Source: Octopus sinensis
Taxonomy: Eukaryota
Length of the DNA: 64,000 bases
Assembly (NCBI RefSeq): GCF_006345805.1
Contig: NC_043004.1
Span: 89,900,001 to 89,964,000 of the forward strand
Direction of reading: 5' to 3'
In this document: piece after piece, positions 11,740 through 25,464 of the stretch
Layout: each line of letters begins with the position of its first letter
Position numbering within the stretch: position 1 is the stretch's first letter
Notes under the pieces: model-generated
Seen by the model: only the letters and a program-made list of their open reading frames with translations
Databases searched by the model: none
Told to the model about the DNA's origin: nothing
Translations under genes and position numbers: made by a program

Positions 11740-13920
11740 TGTGGAGGGGTTGTAACGAAGAGTTCACCATCCCCACTCACTACCACTCGATGGTCTGGTT
11801 CAGAAGAGTCGCCTTACGTATTTATAAGTGTAGCAGTATCAAGTTCAAGAGCGTTCTGAAGCATCATTTGTTCGTGGGGCTCGGATACTACTGCTTTAGA
11901 TACAAAATTGGAAGAGAAATCTCCATTTGGAACCGTGTTTTAATGAAACTGGACATACAACTACCAATGAATCTGATATCCACAAAGTGAGGGTTCAAAA
12001 TTCAAAGGTTTCACTTCATCCACTAAAGGGTCATATTTATTCTGGAAGTTGTGACGGCTCAAGAACACCCCGTTACTCAGTGACGAGGGCCATGAAGAGA
12101 CTGACCGCCTACTTGAAGATTTGCGATAATTGTTAAAAAGACATTCAGGCGTGGCTGTGTGGTAAGTAGCTTGTTTACCAACCACATGGTTCCGGGTTCA
12201 GTCCCACTGCGTGGCACCTTGGGCAAGTGTCTTCTACTATAGCCTCAGGCCAACCAAAGCCTTGTGAGTGGATTTGGTAGACGGAAACTGAAAGAAGCCT
12301 GTCGTATATATGTATATATATATATGTATGCGTGTGTGTGTTTGTGTGTCTGTGTTTGTCCCCCTAGCACTGCTTGACAGCCGATGCTGGTGTGTTTATG
12401 TCCCCGTTACTTAGCGGTTCAGCAAAAGAGACCAATAGAATAAGTACTGGGCTTACAAAAGAATAAGTCCCGGGGTCGAGTTGCTCGATTAAAGGCGGTG
12501 CTCCAGCATGGCCGCAGTCAAATGACTGAAACAAGTAAAAGAGTAAAAGAGAGAGAGAGTATGTGTCATTTGTTGAAGTCAAGAGTGAAATTGAAGTTGA
12601 GAGCTAGTTCCTTTTCTAAAGGTTTCATGTGTCACAATTTCAGGGCTAATGATATTGGCTCCAAATTACTCCATTGAATTGTTCTGTTTGTCCATTCCCT
12701 TGTGGGCTGTAAGGAATAGTTCTCTTAGTAGCTATACTTTGCTGGTGCAAGAATTGTTATAAATCCTTCAACATGAAAGATGCACCACAATCAGAATGAA
12801 TATATAACAGCACTCCAAAAATTGAGAAGAGTTTTGGTAAGCACTTAATTATAGTTTCAGTAGCCATATCTGCACATGGGAAAGCAAAAAGGAACTTTGA
12901 GAATTCATCCACAATGGTTAGAAGATATTGGTTCATTTGTAGCTGAGAGGAGAGGTCCATAAAATTAAGGCCCAGTCTCTTAAAGGACTGAATAGCCTTT
13001 ATCACATGAGTTAGTATTGGATTGTAAGGTCTTAGTTCTATTTTAGCACATTTAGAGTGTGTAGAGATCATTCTTTTGACTTCCTCTACAGAATATAAAA
13101 GATTTGGGGGAGGCATGAAATGAAGCGTTCATGTAATGCTGGGATGGCACACATCCTTATAAAATACAACCATCTCATTACAGTACAAATTTGGAAAGGT
13201 GAGTTAGCAGCAGTATTGACTTTCTCTAACCTATATGTCACAGTGCAGGCAAGACAGTTTTATATATTAAAGATTTATTTTCTTGTTCTTTATTTTATTA
13301 CTCCATATATTATCAAACATGAAAGCACCTGATCTCTGATCTGGAATTGGAAGCTAAGCAGATAATCTTCCCACTACATTAAAGACTCTAAAATAGCATA
13401 GGTTTCTCTTTCCACAGAAGAATGTCTGCTCACAAGGTGAACATGTTCTTGAAAAGGAAGACACCAGGCATCTCAACAGACATAGGATGACAGCAAATGG
13501 CGTGACCTGAAGCATTAGTCTCAACCACCTGTAGCACAGCTGAATCAGTAATTTTCACTGCAGAGTTGGTAACGTCCTACTTTAGAACTCTTAGAAGCTT
13601 TCTGTGTTGAAGAGAAGGGAAAGCATTTCATAGTAACCAAACAATGGAGCTTCTCAGAAAATTTTAGAATCTAACATGAGTAGTAGGTAAACATGTTAAT
13701 TATATGCTTGAAAGATGTCATGTTTTCTGGTTGATGAAGATCACTTGTATTTTAGATCTATTCTAATTAATCCAATATCAATCATGAAGCAAATTAAATT
13801 AATAACTTTAGAAGAAAATGCCTTCTTTGTTTAAAGTAAGGTTGTTCACTACACCTAAGAATGTCAAGTTGTGATCTTGGGTATTCTGGTTATGTCCATA
13901 AGCATTATCAGCAAATGCAA
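11740..13920 (-). mobile_element. Decayed Gypsy pol (RNase H and integrase) interrupted by a SINE B
   Basis: Integrase core YLLTIVDEFSKFLFAFPC...FSIFGVLLYIHSDCGASFM (12757-13116); RNase H-like KETYAILESL near 13385-13415. Confidence 0.8.
12147..12552 (+). mobile_element. SINE family B, full length
   Basis: Complete head, core, microsatellite and (AAGAGTA)-type tail. Confidence 0.93.
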
Positions 13921-13926
13921 AGGTGG

Positions 13927-14153
13927 TTACTCTTACTCTTTTACTCTTTTACTTGTTTCAGTCATTTGACTGCGGTCATGCTGGAGCACCGCCTTTAATC
14001 GAGCAACTCGACCCCGGGACTTATTCTTTTGTAAGCCCAGTACTTATTCTATCGGTCTCTTTTGCCGAACCGCTAAGTGATGGGGACATAAACACACCAG
14101 CATCGGTTGTCAAGCAATGTTAGGGGGACAAACACAGACACACAAACACACAC

Positions 14154-14250
<97 letters not shown>

Positions 14251-14412
14251 GACGGGCTTCTTTCAGTTTCCATCTACCAAATCCACTCACAAGGCTTTGG
14301 TTGGCCTGAGGCTATAGTAGAAGACACTTGCCCAAGGTGCCACGCAGTGGGACTGAACCCGGAACCATGTGGTTGGTTAGCAAGCTACTTACCACACAGC
14401 CACTCCTGCGCC
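13927..14412 (-). mobile_element. SINE family B, full length, expanded (AT)n
   Basis: Reverse complement of the 12147 copy. Confidence 0.93.
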
Positions 14413-14784
14413 TAAATTTTTTTTTATTATGCCATCAATTATATACTGAAAGCTAGTGATACCATTAGTGATTCCAACCTCATTAGTAATTGACAACCTC
14501 ACTAGTGCTGGTGGCATGAAAAAGCACCCAGTACACATTGTAAAGTGGTTGGCATTTGGAAGGGCATACAGTTGTAGAAACCATGCCAAAACTGGCATGG
14601 GGCATGATGCAACCCTGCAGCTCTTGTCAAACTACCAAACCCCATATCAATAAGGAAAACAAACACTGAATGATGATGGTGATTATATATATATATACAC
14701 CCCCATGTATCCATCCATCCATATTAGTGGTGCTATACGTACCCCAGGTACACTATATTATCTGTTATGCTTACAAACGTATAT

Positions 14785-14987
14785 CTGTTTCTTTATTGCC
14801 CACAAGGGACTAAACATAGAGTGGACAAACAAGGACAGACAAACGGATTAAGTTGATTACATCGACCCCATTGCGTAACTGGTACTTAATTTATCGATCC
14901 CGATAATTTGAACTCAGAATGTAACGACAGACGCAATACCGCTAAGCATTTCACCCGGTGTGCTAACGTTTCTGCCAGCTCACTGCC
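14785..14987 (-). mobile_element. SINE family A with internal deletion
   Basis: tttctttattgcccacaaggg...gctaacgtttctgccagctc. Confidence 0.85.
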
Positions 14988-15189
14988 TTATTACAAATGT
15001 ATATCTACTATCCTATAAGTATATCAGAATCACTCTAACACAAGTATACTATGAGAAACATCAACCACAGTGTCTGATAGTCACCCTGTCCATTGGTCTC
15101 ATACCTGGATACATAAATATTTTGCAGACATCCACACATCCAGGCATGCAACCACACACATGTCTCAATGTTGTGGTAGTAGTGATGGT

Positions 15190-16245
15190 GATTTTTGTCT
15201 GTGTCACTAGTCATTGCCACTGTGAGGCTCAAAGTTCAAAGATCATACTTACCACTTTGTCCCATGGCTTCCTGGGTCTACCTCTACCACAGGTTCCCTC
15301 CACAGTTAGAGATAGGCACTTCTTTACACAACTGTCTTCCTCCATATGCATCACATGACCATACCAGCGCAGTTGTCTCTCTTGCACACTACATCTCATG
15401 CCTCTTATGCTCAACTTTTCTCTCAAGATACTTACATTTTGTTGAACATGCACACTGACATTGCACATCCAGTGAAGCATACTGGCTTCATTTCTCTCAA
15501 GCCTACGTATGTCTTTGGCTCTCACAGCCCATGTTTCATTGCCATGTAGCATGGCTGTTTGCACACAGGCATCATACAGTCTGCCTTTCTCTCTGAGAGA
15601 AAAGCCCTTTGTAGTCAGCTGAGGTAGGAGCCCTCTGAACTTTGCCCAGCCTAATCTTATTCTCACAGATATACTCTCTGAGCATCCACTCTGCTACTAA
15701 CTTGGTTACCTAGATAATGGAAGCTATCTACTGCTTCTAGCTTCACCCCCAACCCCAACAGTTGATGAAGTCTATTTTCTGCACATTTTCAGTGTTTATT
15801 GTACCTGTGTACATTCTACATACTAGTTTCCCTGTTAACCTTCCTCTGATATTGCTGCTCCTTTTATATGTCCAAAGGTTATACCAGGTGCATCTTATGA
15901 AGTTTCTGCCTATGCCTATTCTACAGATCAAACAGGGCCATCTGCCTGAAGGGATTTGTGATTTGTCTGCCTTCCTACTTACTAAGACTTTTGCTTTTGC
16001 TTGGTGAACTCTAAGGCCCTTCAATTCTAGACCTTACTTCCATACCTGGAACTTCTTCTCTAGTTCTGTTAGTGATTCAGCTATAAGAACAAGGTCATCA
16101 GCATAGAGGAGCTCCAGGGGCAGCCTGTCTTAGATTCCTTTGTTATTGCCTGGAGGACTATGATGAACAAGAGAGAGCTGAACACCAATCCTTGGTGAAC
16201 CCCAACTTGTACTCTGAATTCTTTGCTGTACTTATTGCCAACCCT
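15190..16245 (-). pseudogene. RTE-clade LINE ORF2 3' fragment
   Basis: GVHQGLVFS, PLELLYADDLVLIAES, RIRLGWAKFRGLLP...QLRWYGHV...GRGRPRKPW. Confidence 0.88.
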
Positions 16246-16560
16246 CACCTAACCGGTGAAGGAGGTCTTCTGGTACAGAAGCGAGGTAGATCCTTGTAGG
16301 GGTTTCTGGTATTGAGAATAGATTTCCTGTATAAGTGGTGGGGGCAGGAATGGTGGGCGCATCGTGGATAAGCAATGGTCAGTTTACTATTATTGGGGAG
16401 AGGAACATGGCTAACAGTGAGAGACATAAGTAAAACAAGAATGCGTACATATTTTAGAGAACAATGGCAAAAACATTATGAAACTGGGACGGAGAACTAA
16501 GATTTTAGGGAATTTCAGTTTGAAGGTTATTTGAAGAATTAAATAGTTACAGGTTACAAT
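16246..16560 (-). mobile_element. Possible Penelope-like element fragment
   Basis: Cys/His linker PRCAHHSCPH resembles the segment preceding the GIY-YIG domain in some Penelope-like elements; weak. Confidence 0.3.
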
Positions 16561-17039
16561 TATACATGTTAGTATTACAGGTTAGATGAATGGGGTGATT
16601 TAAAAATAACAAGGAAAATTCTTAGCTATGCATATCGTGAAACTAGTGAATCAAACGGTGTGGATATCTAAGAAAACATGTGCTAAAGGTCCTTTATGAG
16701 AAGCACAGCCAGAAGTTGCAAAATAAGATGGCCAGTTTTGCCACAGGAAACCAAAATATGAGCAAGTAGTCATTGTGAAGAGAGAGCTTTGGCCAGTTTA
16801 CTATACGACCCTCACTTTTTAAAGTTAAAAATATGTAACATATTCTATCCTGTTATATAATGTAACCACTGAGTGCAACCATGGTTATTTATACTTTTTT
16901 AAAGAAACCAATGTAATACTGCTGCAAATTTTAAAACAAAAGAAACAACATGAATATTTAAACTGGTTTGATTCTTGCTTTTTCTTATCATTTGCTTTAT
17001 ATAGGCTGAAGCACAGGTTTAATGGAGAGTTATTGTTTA

Positions 17040-18200
17040 TGAAATGAATTTATCTCTTAAAGCCATCACTGTCTTATTCATCTGATTTTTCAAATATCTG
17101 TCCAATCTTATCATCTCATCTTCATCTAAATTTACAGTGGTGTTTGTAGTTGCATCTTGATCATTCCACAGTAGTGTAAGGCCTTGTTTTCTACTACAGT
17201 AGGTTATCTTCTGTTTCATCTAATTTATTATCAATGCCAGTCTTTAAAAATCTCTTGGAACCCATATGTTCTAATAAAATATTTCAAGCTACTTTTAATC
17301 CAGCTGCATTAATAGCAAAGCCAGGCTTTTTGAGATTACCTCCTATTTGTACTTCAGTTGACATCCATGATATCCAAAAATCAATGAATTGAAGAGCATT
17401 CTTCAAACTACAGGGGGTTACAACTTGAGTTTTCATATCTTTTAAGATGTGTTCCATTGGCTAAGTAAGGTGAACTCTAAACTGGTCCCATACCAACATT
17501 ACAGGTTTCTTTTAAATTATTCTGGGCTGTTTATTCCATTCATTTCTCAGCCATATTCCTAGACTTTTCCCATTCATCCATACTGTGGGAAGGCATTGAG
17601 GAATAATTCCAGAAAGAATTTTTTTTACATTTTGGAATATGCTTCTTTTTAAAATAACCATGGGATTTAGCTAGGTTTCATTGGCTAGGAAACACAAAAC
17701 TGTAGTAAAATGTTGATTTTTTATTTCTTGTTGCTCTAACATAGTTTTAGTTCCTATTTTGTGTTCTGATCCCTAGCTTGTCATAAATACTGAGTTCCCA
17801 ATTTTATTCAGTTCAAAATCATTCTACTTTTTCAGTTTATTATAAAACCATAATTTAAGTACAAGCTTCTGTGAAATTTGTGATTTCTGATGTAAAGCTA
17901 AAAAAAAGTTCTTTTGGAAAATCTCTGGCACCTTTCATTTGAAAATAGAGAGGTTAAACTAACTCATGTTTCTCATCTTTACAAGCAGAGTTTTTACAAT
18001 ACAGTAATTTTTCCTCGTCTTCTTCACTCATTCAGCCAATTCTTACACCAGTTCTGGACAGTGGGCTTTCTTTCCAATTAGAGATGATATACTATTTGGT
18101 ATTTTGAGCTATTGAGCTTTCATCTTTCTTCAAAACCTAAAGCTTCTCTCAAAGGCATCATAATTCCTAATGACTGTACAGTTGTTATTCTTAGAAAATT
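17040..18200 (-). pseudogene. pogo/Tigger (DDE_1) transposase fossil
   Basis: Minus strand reads VWMNGKSLGIWLRNEWNKQP..KKPVMLVWDQFRVHLT*PMEHILKDMKTQVVTPCSLKNALQFID, matching the pogo pattern GWM...W...W.KRP....LLVWD.FRAH....LQPLD. Confidence 0.75.
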
Positions 18201-18694
18201 CTTTGACATTTATTTTAAGTTTTTCACATCCATATTTTTATTTTAAAAGTGTTAACTGAAGATTTTTAAAAGCTATTAGTGTCTGCTGTTATTTTCACAT
18301 TTTAATATGTAATCTTTTAAATTAAACAATCACTTTAAAACAATAAAGTATAGACAGTGAAATGTATACATTATTCAGTCTCTGTGTTACCACTTTCACT
18401 ATGTAATTATGTTAGTTACATTAACTAAATAAAATTTAACTTCTCTCTTTAAGTTCTCCTCTGGTGGAATACTTTTTTGGCATTCTAGCTGATCCATTTA
18501 TTGCTTTGCTTTTTGTTTTTAATATTGATATACTACAAAGTGTGTATTCAATGAATTCAATTATTAACACTGATTTGATCTGACTGGCCATTGCAATACC
18601 ATCATGTATGGTTTACTTAAAGACATTCACTTGCAAAAAGAAGAAATTCAATAAATTATTCATCAAAGTAAATTTTATTTTGCAGGGTGCTGGG

Positions 18695-18961
18695 ATGTGG
18701 CCATTGATTATACATTTTGCTCGGACATATGCAGTTTATATAACATGGCCAATTGCTGCAACTGTCGGATTTATTGGTTACAACCTTGAAAGCAAGTTTG
18801 GTAAAAATACAAGTGCTGTTGGCAGATCTGTGACCATCCAGGAAAGCAGAAATGAAAGAAATTTAGAAGAAATTACCTCCAGTGATAGTACTAATGTAGC
18901 AAGTTTGAAGTCTAAAGTAGATTTCCCTAAGACTATTCTTGGAAGAAATGATCCCCATTAA
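18695..18961 (+). CDS. SMIM12: Small integral membrane protein 12 orthologue (88 aa, single coding exon)
   Basis: MWPLIIHFARTYAVYITWPIAATVGFIGYNLE...IQESRNERNLEE...TNVASLKSKVDFPKTILGRN matches the recalled SMIM12/UPF0767 pattern (MWP...RTYAPY.TFPVA.VVG..GY.LE...ERR..R.L.E...V.SLK.K..F...VL.RN). One TM segment, intact frame. Splice acceptor ttttattttgcag ends at 18685, 9 nt before the ATG. Confidence 0.93.
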   Translation: MWPLIIHFARTYAVYITWPIAATVGFIGYNLESKFGKNTSAVGRSVTIQESRNERNLEEITSSDSTNVASLKSKVDFPKTILGRNDPH

Positions 18962-19249
18962 CTAAAACCAACATATGGGCAATTTATGAAGCATCCTACC
19001 TCCATGCTGGCAACAAATTTACAGCCTATAATATACTATTTCAATTATTTCTGTATAAAATTCAATGATGAAATTGTTAAAAAAAGATATTGATGTTGTT
19101 ATTATTGTATGTATGTATGTGTTGCATTATCATCTAAAAGTATGAAGTAAAGTAGTCCTTGATGTAAACATTATCTTAAAAAATTTGAATCCAGGATCTA
19201 TTATATTGGACCTCTAACCCTTCCATTTTCTGACTTATATCTCCAATAC

Positions 19250-19515
19250 ATCATCATCATCATCATCATCATCGTTTAACGTCCATTTTCCATGCTAGCA
19301 TGGGTTGGACGGTTCAACTGGGGTCTGGGAAGCCAGAAGACTGCGCCAGGCCCAGTCTGATCTGGCAGTGTTTCTATGGCTAGATGCCCTTCCTAACGCC
19401 AACCACTCCGTGAGTGTAGTAGGTGCTTTTTACGTGCCACCTGCACAGGTGCCAGACGAGGCTGGCAAACGGCCATGATTGGATGGTGCTTTTTACGTGC
19501 CACTGGCACAGGGGA
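19250..19515 (-). repeat. Family C repeat
   Basis: (CAT)n tail followed by the reverse complement of the 4957 family. Confidence 0.85.
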
Positions 19516-20031
19516 CAGTCTTCTTTTATTATTACTAAATTTATTTATTTTCTAATAACAGTCATTCCTCCATTTACTTTTCCTATCTGAAACTTATCTT
19601 CCATCTTTTATCTTTCACTCAATGGATCGTGGCCATACTGGGGTACTGCCTTGAAAGGCTTGGTCTAACAAATCAACTTTTTTTTAAGTCTGGTACTTAT
19701 TCTATCAGTCTCTTGATGAACCACTCGCTCACAGGGACATAAACAAACCAACACCAGCTGTTGAGCAGTTATGAAGACAAACACAAATCACAAGTACACA
19801 GTTTTATATGTATATCTGACAAGCTGCCACAGTTTCCATTTCCAAAATTCCCTTGAAGAGCATTGGTTGGCCCAGGTCTATAGTAGAAGGCATTTTCCCG
19901 AAGTGCCACATGGTGGAACTGAACTCACAAGCAAGCTTCTTACCACACAGCCATGCCTGTGCCTATATATATATATAGGCACACACACACACACATATAT
20001 ATATATATAGTTAGATAGATAGATAAAACTT

Positions 20032-20260
20032 ACCGTAAATCCTCGAGTATAATCTGCATTTATTTCCCAAAATTTAAAGGTCTAAATCCCTAGTGCATAC
20101 TATATACAAGGTTAAAAATGAAAATTATTTTCTAAGCAATGTCCAAGTCTCTATTTACTGTCCAGCAATGTTTATTCAGATGCATTTTGTGATGTCAGAT
20201 GCGAAAATACCTTAAGTAAGCCTGAAAGCAATGAAGTCATAAAAGAACCATCCATAACTT
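20032..20260. mobile_element. Tc1/mariner-pogo-type terminal fragment
   Basis: TA|CCGTAAATCCTCGAGTATAA start typical of pogo/Tc2-like TIRs; partner TIR not found. Confidence 0.45.
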
Positions 20261-20438
20261 GCAGTAAGCAACATTTATTAAACACTAGCATTATGCCCCG
20301 TCATTGCCGGGTCATAGTGCTAGTTCATGTATATATGTGTATATATATGTGTCCATATTACATGTACATCTATATATATATATACATCTACACATAAAAT
20401 ACAAAGTTATATCTTGATATCGCTAGTGATAACAATAC

Positions 20439-21100
20439 TCAAAATATATAACAGACTGGAATTGTAGGCCCGTCTCTTGCAATTTCGATCAATTGTATCT
20501 TGTCCTCCCTCTTGTATAGAAGTGTAGCTACAATCCAGCCTACCTCTACTTCTGGGGGGACATTTTTAATTTTTATCCGGGACGTCCTATGTCCCAGATA
20601 TAAAGGTAAAAATAAAATATTTCCACTTTGCAAGGTTCGAGTCGAGTACTCTCTTGCATGCTCCGTTGACTCAAACCTTGCTTCTATTGTGGCAAATTTA
20701 CCGCCTCTGGTTAGATATCTTTCATAGTCGCACCAAGACACTTTTCGATGGTGCTTTCCTCCAGGTGTTCAAATCTTTTTTTTCTCTACATTGTATACTT
20801 TATAGACAATAGTCTTTTCTTTAATTTAATTTTTTATTTCGTTTGGTGGTGTTATCCTAGATTCACTGTCTTTGTCGGTGATCAATCCGAAATAGGTTTG
20901 TATTTCTTCCATTTTAATTTTAATGAGTTCACGGCTGCAGCGAAATTCATTTTTGGACTTTCTTCTATCGAAGGCATTCTAACAAAAATGCTTCCGTATA
21001 AACGTTGAAAATATTGTCAATTTTCCCAAACAGGGACACAATTCAATTTTTAAACAATAACCAAAGCTCCTTCTCCCAAAGGGGAAGGGTTACAGTTTAC
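20439..21100 (-). pseudogene. L1/Tx1-like LINE ORF1 fragment
   Basis: ...IEARFESTEHAREY...LFLPLYLGHRTSRIKIKNVPPEV...IVATLL, resembling RRM-type LINE ORF1; frameshifted. Confidence 0.55.
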
Positions 21101-22099
21101 AATTATTTAACAAATGCATATCAATCAAGAAAATCATCCAAACACACATTCATGGGAAATTAGGCTTAAACAATAATGTAATTTGTCTGTAGAAATTTTA
21201 AGATTTTTACTAGTTTTCAAGTAGAATTTTAAGAAAACATTCTGGTCTTAAAGGAAAGTCAATTTCTATATCTGTTTGTAATTTATGCCTAGTTCCTCAA
21301 GCTGTTTTATTGATAAAACTTTGAAATTCTATGGATCCAATATCTTGAAATTTTGATACAATGGTAATAAATGGATGTCATTTTTGGAATCAGTGTGTCA
21401 AAAAGCCCCTAGTTCAGGTCCAAATTTTTTGACAACACAAAAGAGAGAGAGTTGACATGCTGTTGAGTAGGTTGCAGGAATGGATGGGGAAGAAAGAGAG
21501 ACACGTGTACTGTATGAGGAGAGTGAGACCTGGTGGTGGTGGGGGTAATTTGGTGATATAGTAGGGGTGGTGATCAATAAAAGAGTGTGTAGTGAGAAAA
21601 GTAGATTAATGGATAACAAGTGAAGTGATTTGGGGTAGGTGTCAAGGAAGAACTGCAGCTAGGGAAATGATGAATGGTGGTGGTTGTCTTGAGGATGAAA
21701 ATTGGGCAAAGGGCCCAGTTGTGCATATATATGTGTGTGTGTCTTGGGTATATCTTTAAACTGCATGTAGTAGTGGAGCCCTTGTTTGCAAGTTCCATGA
21801 TTTTGAGGAGTGTAGAACCACCTCTTAGCCATTACTGTTCCTAGATCTACTCTGACCCATAGTAGCATTTGTCAGGGTCCCAAACTATAGATTAATTAGA
21901 ATTAGCTACCAAGAGTGAAAGACCCCTTACTGATGTCACATCCTCCTCCTAGGAAAGGAACACTCTATAATTTCACATCATTAGTGGTCATCTCACTTCA
22001 GCCTGTCACTGGGTACAAATCACAGGTACTCAGAGAGTGGGGCTCGTGTTGTACAAGCTTTTATCACTATAATTAATGACATACAGATATCTCTTTATG

Positions 22100-22500
22100 A
22101 TGACCTCATTTGTCATTCCATTTATTATTGAAAGTCCTACAGCAATGGAAGAGTGGCACTGTATGCAGACCTACTAGTTGGAAGCACTCAGTTACAAATC
22201 TGCACATAGGTAGCAAAGGTCTTATCCTAACGTCTTATCTTGTCTTTCCATGACAGGGACCAACTCCTGTGTGGTGATTCTTGTGATTAAGCAGCCCTTT
22301 TCAGGGAAAGCACTGCTCCCCCAAAGAGGAAGATGCTAGATAAGTTGCATTGAACCAGTGAAGGTAACAACTTTTGTCTGTCACCTATGCTTCAAACCAT
22401 GCAGATCTACAGCAGGACTGAATAGTCATCTGAGAGGTCATAAACAGAAAATCAAATATGTCATTTGCAAGGAAGCACAGAGAGACAGCAATCATCTGTG
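22100..22500 (+). pseudogene. Old RTE LINE ORF2 end with terminal C2H2 finger
   Basis: TFVCHLCFKPCRSTAGLNSHLRGHKQK at about 22370-22450. Confidence 0.6.
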
Positions 22501-22521
22501 AAAATGAAGCTATATATATAA

Positions 22522-22900
22522 TCTTTTACTCTTTTACTTGTTTCAGTCATTTGACTGCGAGCATGCTGGAGCACCGCATTTAGTCGAGCAAATCGACCCC
22601 GGGACTTATTCTTTATAAGCTCAGTACTTATTCTATCGGTCTCTTTTGCTGAACCGCCAAGTTACAGGAATGTAAACACACCAGCATCGGTTGTCAAGCA
22701 ATGCTAGGGGAACAATCACAGACACACACACATATATATATATATGACAAGCTTCTTTCAGTTTCCGTCTACCAAATCCACTCACAAGGTATTGGTCGGC
22801 CCGGGGCTATAGCAGAAGACACTTGCCCAAGATGCCACACAGTGGGACTGAACCCGGAACCATGTGGTTGGTTAGCAAGCTACTTACCACACAGCCACTC
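22522..22900 (-). mobile_element. SINE family B
   Basis: Reverse-complement match to the family consensus. Confidence 0.9.
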
Positions 22901-22950
22901 AAGAATTTCGTTGAAGAGAATTTCCCCACGTGATGAGTTGTAATGAAAAA

Positions 22951-23308
22951 ATATATAATAAAAGAAGGTAAATGCACACACTTTATAAATCTTTAATATA
23001 TTTTAAGGAATTGAATATTATGATAGTCTACCACTTTCACATTTCGCTACTCATGACATTGAAATTGGTGAAAATATTGCAATTTCATATTTTCTTGAGA
23101 AGTTTTTAGTCCGTGTTGTTTGTATGGGAGTTAGTAAATAAATCAGCATGGAGAAAAAATCTAAGGGGAGGTGACTGGTGACTGTTATCATTCGAGACAG
23201 GGGAGGTGATTGCACAAACGCGAAACTGGTAAACTATCATAATAGTCTATCCTTTAAAGTATATTAAAAATATATAAATTGTATGCATTTTCTTTCTTTT
23301 ATTATATA
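22951..23308. mobile_element. AT-rich MITE with about 95-bp degenerate TIRs
   Basis: tatataataaaagaaggtaaatgcacaca...tattatgatagtctaccactttc versus gaaactggtaaactatcataata...tgtatgcattttctttcttttattatata. Confidence 0.65.
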
Positions 23309-23703
23309 CTAGCAGTATCGCCCGGCGTTGCTCGGATTTGTAAGGGAAATAACTATATAAGCATTTTAAGAGAGTTATAGCCAAAAAATAGCAAAAAAAT
23401 GCATTAAAAATGGAAAAAATATGATGGTAATTTTTTTTTTAAATCGTTGACTCATCGTAGACATTTTTAGAGAGTTACTTCCCTTATATTTAAAAACATG
23501 CATTAAAATGGAAAAAAAATTATGGTAAATTATTTTTAAAATCGTAGACTCATCGTAGACGCGCGCTAATACCCAGAAGGGCTCGATATGAATCACGACT
23601 ATAAGATACCCGGTTTTGGTTACACTGCACCGCAAAATGTGGGAGTAGTTAGGAATCTAAATCGAAGGAGACAGACACACAACTTCACTTTTATATATAA
23701 AGA
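23309..23703 (-). mobile_element. Complete non-autonomous Helitron
   Basis: Minus strand A|TCTTTATATATAAAAG...ccgagcaacgccgg hairpin...CTAG|T; inserted in an AT site with no TSD; internal tandem duplication. Confidence 0.85.
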
Positions 23704-24359
23704 TTTATTCATTACACACACACACACAGCTCTGCTAGAACTCAGTTTCACTGAGGTGGGTAAGTTTTCTCATGAACCACATATTACCAAGTCCTTGGTG
23801 TCATCTCCCTGAAGTTGAAGGTCCTGGGATCAGTATACGTACATTCATGTGTGTGTGTGTGTGTGTTATATGCAATAGAAACAGTAATGGTTCTGAATAG
23901 CATTCTGTATATTTTACTAAATATTAAGTGAAAAGAATGTTTTCTTTTCACACATTCTACCAGTATACGAAGTTTCAAATTGTTTAGTTAACTAGAAATT
24001 CCGTCCATCAAAAGGAAAAGATCCAATATTAAAATTTGCTATAGAAAGCTCAGAAGTACGTCACCAGCAAATGAAAACCGTCCAACTGCAGCAGTGGTAA
24101 GATTGCCAACTAATGACTTCTGAGTCTTAGCATCCACTGTCAACTACAAATTTCACTGCTATTGATATAGAAAAATAATAGTTAACAAATCATTTGTGAT
24201 ATTTAATATATACAGAATTTAAATATGTGCTACTATAAGTTTCATGCCTCTGATAATTCAGTGCAGTAGTTAGTTGGCATTGGGAAAGGCATCCACCCAT
24301 AGAAACTATACCAAAACTGCATTTGGAGCTTCACATGGCTCCATAGCTCACCAAATACT

Positions 24360-24584
24360 TATTTCTTTACTACCCACATGGGGCTAAACACAGAGGGGAC
24401 AAACAAGGACAGACAAACGGATTAAGTCGATTACATCGACCTCAGTGCGTAACTGGTACTTAATTTATCGACCCCGAAAGGATGAAAGGCAAAATCGACC
24501 TCGGCGGAATTTGAACTCAGAACGTAATGGCAGACGAAATACGGCTACGCATTGTGCCCAGCATGCTAACGTTTCTGCCAGCTC
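24360..24584 (-). mobile_element. SINE A inserted in an old family C copy (about 24265-24652)
   Basis: caccaaatact duplicated on both sides. Confidence 0.88.
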
Positions 24585-25246
24585 ACACCAAATACTGTCA
24601 AACTGTCCAAGCTGGGTGAACATGGAAAATGGACATTAAATGATGATGATGATAGACAGACGAGCTTGTATATATTGAGCTATGTATTACTGAGCAACCA
24701 TCCAGGCTCAAAATACAACATTGTTGCTCTCGGAGGAAGAGTGAAGAAGAACGAGAAAGAATGAGAGGAAAAGTGTAAACTCAAAAAGAAATAATAAAAG
24801 AGCATTGAGAGAAGGGAGTTAAGAGTTGTGTCCCTTTGGCCTGTTAGCCTGAGAATGAACATAAGTCAATGCTACGTGGATTCCCCAAAACAAAAAAGAT
24901 TGAGAGAAGCTATTTAAGAAAAAAAAAGATTTACATTTTTAGTTTATTTAGCTAAGTTATATTTCATTTCCAGTCACAATAATATAATATATGATTTTAA
25001 AATTTACCCGTTATACATTTTATATTTCTCTCTTTCTCTCCACCTCTTCAACAAACTTTTTAGCCATGTAATTCCCCTCTTCATGTCTTTAATATTTCTC
25101 TCTTTCTCTTCACCTCTCACTTCCACTAACTACATGAGTGACAGCATAATGCATCGGCTGGTTATCTGCTCTCTCACTCACTCTCATATTCCCTCTTATT
25201 CTCTCACTCCACCTCCTCCTCCTTTCTAACAAACTAAAGTGTAAAG

Positions 25247-25464
25247 CAGTGCTTTTCAAACTTTTTGCTGGAGCGGAACCCCAAGGAAACATTCCACTGG
25301 CTCGGGGAACCCCTGTGCAATAATTTAATAGTCTTATGCACACATATCTGCACAGGAGAATTAAAAATTACTGCCGATTTTAGCAGTTTTTAACTTCTTG
25401 CGGAACCCCTGGACTGTACTGGCGGAACCCTAAAGTTCCGCGGAACCCTGGTTGAAAACCACTG
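25247..25464. mobile_element. hAT MITE
   Basis: CAGTGCTTTTCAA...TTGAAAACCACTG TIRs; perfect 8-bp TSD gtgtaaag (25239-25246, 25465-25472); internal cggaaccc motifs. Confidence 0.93.

Noticed and set aside
18608-18694. Upstream extension of the SMIM12 ORF (MVYLKTF...)
   Set aside because: Lies 5' of a canonical acceptor at 18685; family similarity starts at MWP (18695).
22370-22450. Host C2H2 zinc-finger gene exon
   Set aside because: Single finger of the type ending RTE ORF2; no TGEKP linkers or array.
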